Origin: Octopus vulgaris
Taxonomy: Eukaryota
NCBI GenBank assembly: GCA_951406725.2
Contig: OX597818.1
Location: forward strand, 137,268,001-137,332,000
Direction of reading: 5' to 3'
DNA: 64,000 nt
The number at the start of each line of letters is the position of its first letter. The first letter of the stretch is position 1. Below are positions 56,527 through 64,000 of this stretch, piece by piece. The position numbers were made by a program, and so were the translations under genes. The notes under the pieces were generated by a model, which had not been told where the DNA came from, searched no databases, and saw only the letters and a list, made by a program, of their open reading frames with translations.

Positions 56527-57099
56527 GCGTAAGAAGCTTGCTTTCCAATCACATGGTTCTGGGTTCATTCCCACTGCGTAGAACCTTGGGCAAGTGTCTT
56601 CGACTATAGCTTCAGCACGACCAAAGCCTTGTGAGTGGATTTGGTTGATGGAAATTGAAAAAAATATAAACGTCGTATAAAGGCACAGGAGTGGCTGTGT
56701 GGTAAGTAGCTTGCTTACCAACCACATGGTTCCGGGTTCATTCCCACTGCGTGGCATCTTGGGCAAGTGTCTTCTACTATAGACTCGGGCCGACTAAAGC
56801 CTTGTGAGTGGATTTGGTAGACGGAAACTGAAAGAAGCCCGTCGTATATATGTATATATATATATGTATGTATGTATGTGTGTGTGTTTATGTGTTTGTG
56901 TTTGTCCCCCCAACATCGCTTGACAACCGATGCTGGTGTGTCTATGTCTCCGTAATTTAGCGGTTCGGCAACAAACACCGATAGAATGAGTACTAGGCTT
57001 ACAAAGAATAAGTCCTGGGGTCGACTTGCTCGAATAAAGGCGGTGTTCCAGCATAGCCACGGTCAAATGAGTGAAACAAGTAAAATAGTAAACGAGTAA

Positions 57100-57100
<1 letters not shown>
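56527..57100 (+). mobile_element. SINE family C partial (56527-56680) plus full copy (56682-57100)
   Basis: GGCACAGGAGTGGCTGTGTGGTAAG...GAAACAAGTAAAA. Confidence 0.85.
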
Positions 57101-57135
<35 letters not shown>

Positions 57136-57249
57136 CACGTATATGTGTGTGTGTGTGTGTATGTGTATGTGTGTGTGTGTGTGTGTGTGTGCGTGCGTGT
57201 GTGTGTATGATAACATACATGCACGCAAAAGTATGTATGATATTAGTTT

Positions 57250-57450
57250 TGCCTGAATGGATTGGTGCTGTACCAATGGTTCTTTCGGAATCTCCGGGAC
57301 CATTTTGGTCCATGATTCCTTCGATAGCTGCAGGTTGACGTCTACAGGAAATATCAGTTTCCCCAAAATCGTGAATTCCAGATTATCAATATCCCGAGAA
57401 GAAAGGAATTGCTGTAGTGATTAATGCAGGCCTTGATATGGTGCACATAT
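57250..57450 (-). mobile_element. CR1/Jockey-group LINE 3' remnant
   Basis: Minus strand NHYSNSFL.....WNS...IFPVDVNLQL resembles the NSFF.R...WN.LP..FP..NL..FK terminus. Confidence 0.45.
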
Positions 57451-58497
57451 TTCATCGACCACTTTCGCCGAACCGCTAAGTTTACGGGGACTTAAACATA
57501 CCGACATCGGTTGTCAAGCGTTGTTGGATGCGTCAAAAACACACACGCACATGTGTGTGTATGTATGTATGTATGTATCTATCTATCTATAGACAGATAG
57601 ATATATAGATAAATAGATTGATAGATGTTTATCTATACGTACATACGTGTACACATGCAAGTGTTCATTTAATACATATACATAGACATATACATATAAC
57701 CGTACATACATACAATACATACATACATACATATATACGTGTGTGTGTATACGCATGTATACATTTATATGCATCAAATATATATTTATAAGATTATATC
57801 TGCATATTCATATACAAGCATCATCTTATCACCTAGGGAAATATTCATTCATATAAACTCACACACATACATACCTACCTTTTCATGTATACATACATAC
57901 ATACATACATACATACATACATACATACATACATACATACATACATACATACATACATACATACATACATACGTAATCTATTCTTTTCCTCTTCCTTCCC
58001 TCCCGCAGATATACAGTCGCCTGGTGACGTATACGTTAGTAATTGATAATAAAGTAGACGGTGGAATGTTGTAGCGATTGAAATTGTAGAAATGTGGTTT
58101 GTATCAATACATTTAGACTGTACAGTAATTTTGGTGATCCGTTGTCTCAATTCCTGACTCATATCTGTGATTAAAGATAATAATAGAAAGAGCCTTCAGG
58201 CAGACGAGTCCCTGTAGAAGCAAAGGGAGTTAATCATGTCATATTTCTTTTGTACTTTTTAAAAATATATATTTTTTTTTACTTTGATTTAGATAATATG
58301 GTATTAATAAGTAAGAATGGTATGATGAAAAATAAGGAACAGTTTTCTTATATTATTGATGTGAAACAAAAGACGAGTCGAAACTGAATGTATGTATGTA
58401 TGTATGTATTTAGGTCTGAAAGTGTGTGTATGTGTTTGTAAATATATAAATCTCTTTATGTATACAAACATAAATACATACATACATATATATATAC

Positions 58498-58539
<42 letters not shown>

Positions 58540-58545
<6 letters not shown>

Positions 58546-58801
58546 ACCGACCAGACCATCAGATGTTGTTACACATCGCTGGTCACAATGCGTTCGCATT
58601 GTTTTAGCCTTCGAGCAGGCCAACAGAAGAAAGAGTGGGAGAAAGTTGTGGTGAAAGAGTACAGCAGGGATCACCACTCCTTGCCGGAGCGTCGTGGAGC
58701 TTTTAGGTGTTTTCGCTCAATAAACACACACAACGCCCGGTCTGGGAATCGAAACCGCGATCCTGCGACCGCGAGTCCGCTGCCCTAACCACTGGGCCTC
58801 C
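58540..58801 (-). mobile_element. SINE family A head/body with a different tail
   Basis: Family A head to TTTCTCCCACTC, then unrelated tail ending GGTCGGTCACGTG. Confidence 0.7.
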
Positions 58802-58861
<60 letters not shown>

Positions 58862-58974
58862 ATTTTGGTCAGCGTGTCGTGAATTCATTTTTTAATCTCT
58901 CATGTCTTATACATACACACACGCATGCACGCACACACACACACACACACGCGCGCGCACACACACACACAATG

Positions 58975-59185
58975 GTAAAGTTATCTTCTCGAGTCATACC
59001 AGTTCATAAGGGGCCGGTTTCCCGGTTTCAGTGGCGTATAAATTCTGAACCCGGACAGGACGCCGGTCCGTCGCAGGATTGCTCAGTTTTGTCAGCTGAG
59101 TGGACTGGAGCAATGTGAAAATGAAATGTTTTGCTCAAGAACACAACGCGTCGCCCGGTCCAGGAATCAAAACCCCAATCTTAAC
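58975..59185 (-). mobile_element. SINE fragment sharing its tail with 63150-63440
   Basis: CATAAGG..CCG.TT.CCCGGTTTCA..GGC...GCCGGTCCGTCGCAGG shared. Confidence 0.6.
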
Positions 59186-59239
59186 CTATAATCTACGCGC
59201 CACCTCTTATATGCATATAAGCCCGTCGTATATATATAT

Positions 59240-59730
59240 ATATATTAATAAATAAAATAAAACATATGCATATATATAAACATATATGTACGTACCTACC
59301 TCTACATGTACATATACACGCATATAGGAGTACAGGACACCAAAAGGACGTCGAACACAATGAGAAACGAAAATATAGACACAAACCAAAGGAACTGGAC
59401 ATTTTTTTAAAAACAGCAAAAAAATAGAGTCCAGGACAATTAACACAAAGAACAAACCCCTTCTTCAGTCGCTAAAGGTTTCATCTACTCTACGTTTCGA
59501 AGGATAAAAGCGAGACGTATCTTCGACAAGAAAACTTTCCTTCCTGCGAAAAGCAAATCAATTAAAATTCTGAGATCTTTTTGCAGAGGGGTAAAAAATG
59601 GTAACAACAGGACAGTAACGACAATACAAATTGGAAACAGTAAAAGACAGGACAAGGAGAAACAAGATAAGAAGGGCTGTTAACGCCGAACGAAAAAAAG
59701 TATTGCAAACGCAGAATTTTTTATGGACGA
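59240..59730 (-). mobile_element. Hammerhead-bearing non-coding repeat, copy B
   Basis: Colinear with copies A and C; flanked by (TA)n. Confidence 0.8.
59457..59519 (-). ncRNA. Non-circularly permuted hammerhead ribozyme motif, copy B
   Basis: UACGU-C | UCGCU uuuau CCUUC-GAA-ACGUA gaguagaugaaaccuuu AGCGA-CUGAAGA-A-GGGG; canonical GUC; stems I and III perfect; predicted cut between 59514 and 59513. Confidence 0.78.
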
Positions 59731-59732
59731 CG

Positions 59733-59767
<35 letters not shown>

Positions 59768-59781
59768 ATACATATATATAC

Positions 59782-59824
<43 letters not shown>

Positions 59825-59859
59825 CATGTATGTGTATGTTTGCGTATGTGTGTGTGTGA

Positions 59860-60032
59860 GTTTGTTTCGCCGCCATCGGTTGACAACCGATGATGGTGTG
59901 TTTACGCTTCCGTAACCTAGTGGTTCGACCGATAGACTAAGTACTAGGCTTACAAAAAATAAGTCCTGGAGTCGATTTCTTCGGCGGTGCTCCAGCATGG
60001 TCGCACTCAGATGACTGAAAAAAATAAAAGAA
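59860..60032 (+). mobile_element. SINE family C 3' half
   Basis: TTGACAACCGATG.TGGTGTGTTTACG...GGCGGTGCTCCAGCATGG. Confidence 0.7.
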
Positions 60033-60042
60033 TATGTATATA

Positions 60043-60084
<42 letters not shown>

Positions 60085-60088
<4 letters not shown>

Positions 60089-60965
60089 GTCATAAAGAAT
60101 GGAATGTCTGATTTTGAACTGAAAGTTTATTTTACTTTATCTCAACAAAAAGCAATACAGTTAATTAAAGCATGCACCTAAATTATCAACACAATTTTGC
60201 CATTTTATCGGTTAGCTTATTTATGCTGGCAACGAAAAATTCTGGAGAACAAGAGGTGATGAAATCACTATAGGCTGTTTTTGTATCTTCTTCAGATTGG
60301 AATTTTTTTCTTTGCAAAATGTTGTCTAATGCCTGGAAAACGTGATAGTCAGTTGGTGCAAGGTCTGGTGAATATGGTGGATGACAGAGTACTTCCAAGT
60401 TCAGTTCCTGTAAATTGAGTAGCGTTCTTTGTGCAACGTGTGGTCGAGCATTGTCTTGCAAGAGAATTGGTCTGTTTCTACTGACTAATCTCGGTTGTTT
60501 AACTGAAAGTTCACTCATCACTTCATCCAATTGGTTGATGTATATATCCGCTGTAATTGACTCAACAAGTCTCGTGAATTTGTAGTGGATGACACCAGCG
60601 CTGGACCATCAAACAGACACCATTAGCTTTTTTTGGTGAATATTTATTTTTAGATTGTGTTTTGGTACTTCGTGTCTATCCAACCACCATGCACAATGCT
60701 TGCTATTGTGGAAAATAATCCAATTTTCATCACACCTAACAATACGATGCAAAAATGGTTTGCTTTTATACTGTGACAGCAAAGAACAGCATATTTCAAG
60801 ACGACGTATCATTTGATGTTCGTTCAGTTCGTGTGGTGCCCACTTGTCCTTTACCTTGTCGATTTTTTCACATGGTCCAGTACAGTTGGAATCGAAACAA
60901 AATCTTGCTGCTAACTCACGCGTAGTTTGAGATGTATCCGCTTCTTGATCTTCGTTGTCGTAAAC
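60085..60965 (-). mobile_element. 5'-truncated decayed mariner transposon
   Basis: ORF fragments IVRCDENWI, LLQDNARPH and HPPYSPDLAPTDYHVF; TIR-like TCAGGTCATAAAGAATGGAATGTC at 60085. Confidence 0.85.
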
Positions 60966-60968
60966 AAT

Positions 60969-61535
60969 CTATTTCAAGTATTCCCACAAGAAAAAATCCG
61001 GGTTAGTGCAGTCTGGGGAACGTGAGGGCCAGTTGCCATTGCAGTAGCGGGAGATTATTTTCTCTCCAAAGCACTGTCTTAGCAACTGCTTTGTTTCTCT
61101 TGCGGTATGAGCAGTTGCCCCATCTAGCTGGAACCATGTCTGAGGTCTGCTTCGAAAGGCCTTCACGTTCCCCAGATTTGCCAAGCCCAGATTTTTTCTT
61201 GTGAGGATACCTGAAAGAGAGGGTTTACATCAACAAACCGGAGACCCTGGTGTAACTGAAGAACATCAGTAGAGAAATGAGAGAAGTGGTGTCTGAGACT
61301 CTTGAAGGTGTTATGGTGCAAGTTTTGGAAAGTGCATGGGCGTGCCAAGCCGAAAATAACTGCCATTTAAGCGATGTCACTTTTCACTTGTGATGTAGTA
61401 GTGTTGCAAAATTTAACGTGTGCATATTAATTTCCATTATGTCTTTTATATTGTATCAACATTTCATGTATTTATTTGTGGAGTTAAGGAAGTTATTAAG
61501 CATTGAAAACCTTCAGTGACATTTGGGACACCCTG
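60969..61535. mobile_element. Tc1/mariner-superfamily (maT/rosa-like) transposase remnant with internal inversion
   Basis: Minus strand WFQLDGATAHTA...WPSRSPDCTNPDFFLWEYLK (60969-61160); plus strand PSRSPDLPSPDFFL*GYLKERVY (61160 onward); ends TTGGGACACCCTG-TA. Confidence 0.8.
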
Positions 61536-61580
61536 TATATATTTATATATGTATGTATATATTATATTATATTATATTAT

Positions 61581-62706
61581 ACTAGCAAATCTGCCCATCT
61601 ACGATGGAGGCATAAAATAAGGGAGGGAAGTCATAACAGCAGTATGTATTGAGAAATGTGTAAATGGGGTTTGATAGATTACTGGGTGATGTCTAAGAGA
61701 AATCACATTATTGTTGGTGATACAGCATTCTATTGCAGCTATATGACTTGTTAGCGACTAAGTAACATGTGATGACGATTCACTCCCGAACTGAAATACG
61801 CTCCCAGCTTCTGTATCATGAATGGTTATGTGGACCACTCCTAACGAAAGCCATAGCTTTCTGCGACCATTACATAAAAAATATTAAGAAAAAGTGTCTT
61901 TTACATATACTTATATTTTAGTTGTTTAGACTATTTTACGCTTGTTTATTCTCTTATACATTCAAATTTCACAAATCTCCTCATTTAAATTATGAATCAT
62001 ATTCCTTTCGATACTATCAATATGATTACAAAACTTCTTTCTAGACGATATCTTCTGTTTGGTCGACACTAATTTTCAAATTACTGGAGTCCATTGCTCT
62101 ACTCATAGGGACGTATAACTGGTCCTGTGTAAATATCGGAGTGGGTAAAAATACACCTACTCCATCTAAAGTTTGGCCCTGTTCTTGTTTACTGTGAATG
62201 CACGAGCGGAAACTTTAGGGATGCAAAAAATCAAGCTAAGACTTACTTCTCACTGTTCTATGCGAATAATGTCTGGATGTGCTGGTACCATGGGTTATTT
62301 TGATTGATGAAACTGATATGTAAACAATAGCCTCTTCGATTAGTCGTTTCGAATCCCGCTCGAGACTGACACAATTCAAATAATCACACATACTATATAC
62401 AGACACACACTTTTTCCATTTTATTTTCGCTATTAACCGTCCTCGCGACCCCTTTCGCTTCTATGATGGGGCCACGATGAAAATCTAGAGTTACTCGTGG
62501 TCGATGAATTTTTAATAGAAATGCGAAGGTGGTTTATGAATTAAAAAATCGATATCCACGAAATAATCATACTTTCTGAGTTTTTAATGCTAAAAACCTT
62601 GTTGATAACCGTCTTTGTAATGCCGAAAAATATCATAACCACCGGTCGTGAAGAGGGAACAGACAAAGAGACAGACAGACAGACATAACGCCCATTATAG
62701 TAAGAT
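61581..62706 (+). mobile_element. Helentron/DINE-1-like element carrying an antisense Pif1-helicase fragment
   Basis: Starts ACTAGCAAATCTGCCC, ends (CAGA)n...CATTATAGTAAGAT; minus strand about 62090-62200 QGQTLDGVGVFLPTPIFTQDQLYVPMSRA matches Helitron Pif1 helicase C-terminal motifs. Confidence 0.65.
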
Positions 62707-62720
62707 ATATGTATATGTAA

Positions 62721-62769
<49 letters not shown>

Positions 62770-63149
62770 ATTTTTCGGCTAAACCCTTAAAACATGGCCA
62801 CAGTTTACTGACTGAAAGACGTAAGAGATAAAAGACATATATTGAACTGGTTATAAAATCAGAATCAGTATCTGAGTGTCTGCTTGAATTCTTAAATCCT
62901 CAAAACGAACAATAGAGATTTTAGAGGCCTTTTATCTTATTTGCCAACAACATACAAAGCCCTTACATCCACGCTCATTAAAAGGCTGTGGTTATTCCCA
63001 TGTATAGCAAAAGCATATTATCAGAGGACCAGAACGGAGGCCGAAAAGTAAAGTCTCAGTTAAGTGTAGCGACTGGTGAACCGAGCTATTACAGAAGACA
63101 AAACAAGAGAAAACAAATTTTAGTGCGTTCTTGATTGATTGTTGTTTGT

Positions 63150-63440
63150 TCCTTCTTGAGCCACGCTTGGCTCATAAGGACCGTTTCCCCGGTTTCATTG
63201 GCATAGAGGTTCCTCACCTGGATAGGGTGCCGGTCCGTCGCAGGTGAGCTGCTAGATGCAGGAGGAAAAAGTAAGAGAAAGTTGTGGTGAAAGTGTCAGC
63301 AGAAGTTCGCCATTACCTTCTGCCGGAACAGCGTGGAGCTTAGGTTTTTTAGCTCATAAATACACACATCGCCTGGTCTGAGATTCGAACTCGCGATTCC
63401 TCGATGGCGAGTCCGCTGCTCTAACCACTAGGCTTCCACC
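63150..63440 (-). mobile_element. Diverged SINE family A head with a third tail type
   Basis: GAGTCCGCTGCTCTAACCACTAGG head; AAAGTTGTGGTGAAAG body; different tail. Confidence 0.65.
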
Positions 63441-63571
63441 TCTTGATTGATTACAGTGAATCATTTGATGGAAATTAGAGACACGCTGATTGTATAAAGT
63501 AACTTCAGTACAAATAAAATACTTTATTACACTATGCCAAAATGAAACAACCATATCACTACAAAACATTC

Positions 63572-63788
63572 CTTTTATTCTTTTATTTGTTTCAGTCATA
63601 TGACTGTGGTCACACTGGAGCACCACCTTCAAGGATTTTGGTCGAACAAATCGGGCCGACTAAATCCACTCACAAGGATTTGGTCGGCCCGAGGTTATAG
63701 TATAACACAATTGCCCAAGATTCCACGCAGTGGGATTGAACCCAGGACCATGTGGTTGGGAAGCAAGCTTCTTACCACACAGCCACGT
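63572..63788 (-). mobile_element. SINE family C, internally deleted and diverged
   Basis: TTGTTTCAGTCA...AAATCCACTCACAAGG...CTTACCACACAGCCAC. Confidence 0.7.
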
Positions 63789-64000
63789 CTGTAAGGAAAT
63801 AATTAAATTTAACGCTACAGTCATGAGAAGATTCCAAATACTCCGTGGGGCTCTACTCAGCTCTGACTGAATACAGAAATCTCGCAGTAATCACCGTTTA
63901 ATATTACATGAGAAAATGCGAGCAAGAGAAATAATATTCTTAAGATTATAATTCTGGAAAAGTTTAGGACAAGTTATTACACTTGGAATAGTTCAGGACA

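Overview
AT-rich, microsatellite-saturated eukaryotic non-coding DNA. The repeat repertoire is most consistent with a coleoid cephalopod (Octopus) genome; this is an inference, not a database result. I found no intact host protein-coding gene, and almost all ORF-track entries are translated microsatellites or SINE read-throughs. The window is a graveyard of mobile DNA: three abundant tRNA-derived SINE families (several copies with clear TSDs), decayed mariner/Tc1 transposons and MITEs, Helentron/DINE-1-like elements, and fragments of R4/Dong, Tx1/L1, CR1-type and Penelope-like retroelements. The standout observation is a dispersed non-coding repeat in three diverged copies (about 31.3-31.8, 52.3-52.7 and 59.2-59.7 kb). 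Each copy carries the hammerhead ribozyme core (NUH, GAAA, CUGANGA) in a non-circularly permuted strand order. Stem I pairs in all three copies and stem III pairs perfectly in two, with different sequences and conserved linker lengths. Other points of interest are R4/Dong-like fragments sitting in (CATA)n versus (TAA)n microsatellites, a TAA-embedded non-coding element, a ~360-nt near-perfect fold-back, and head/tail module swapping among SINEs.
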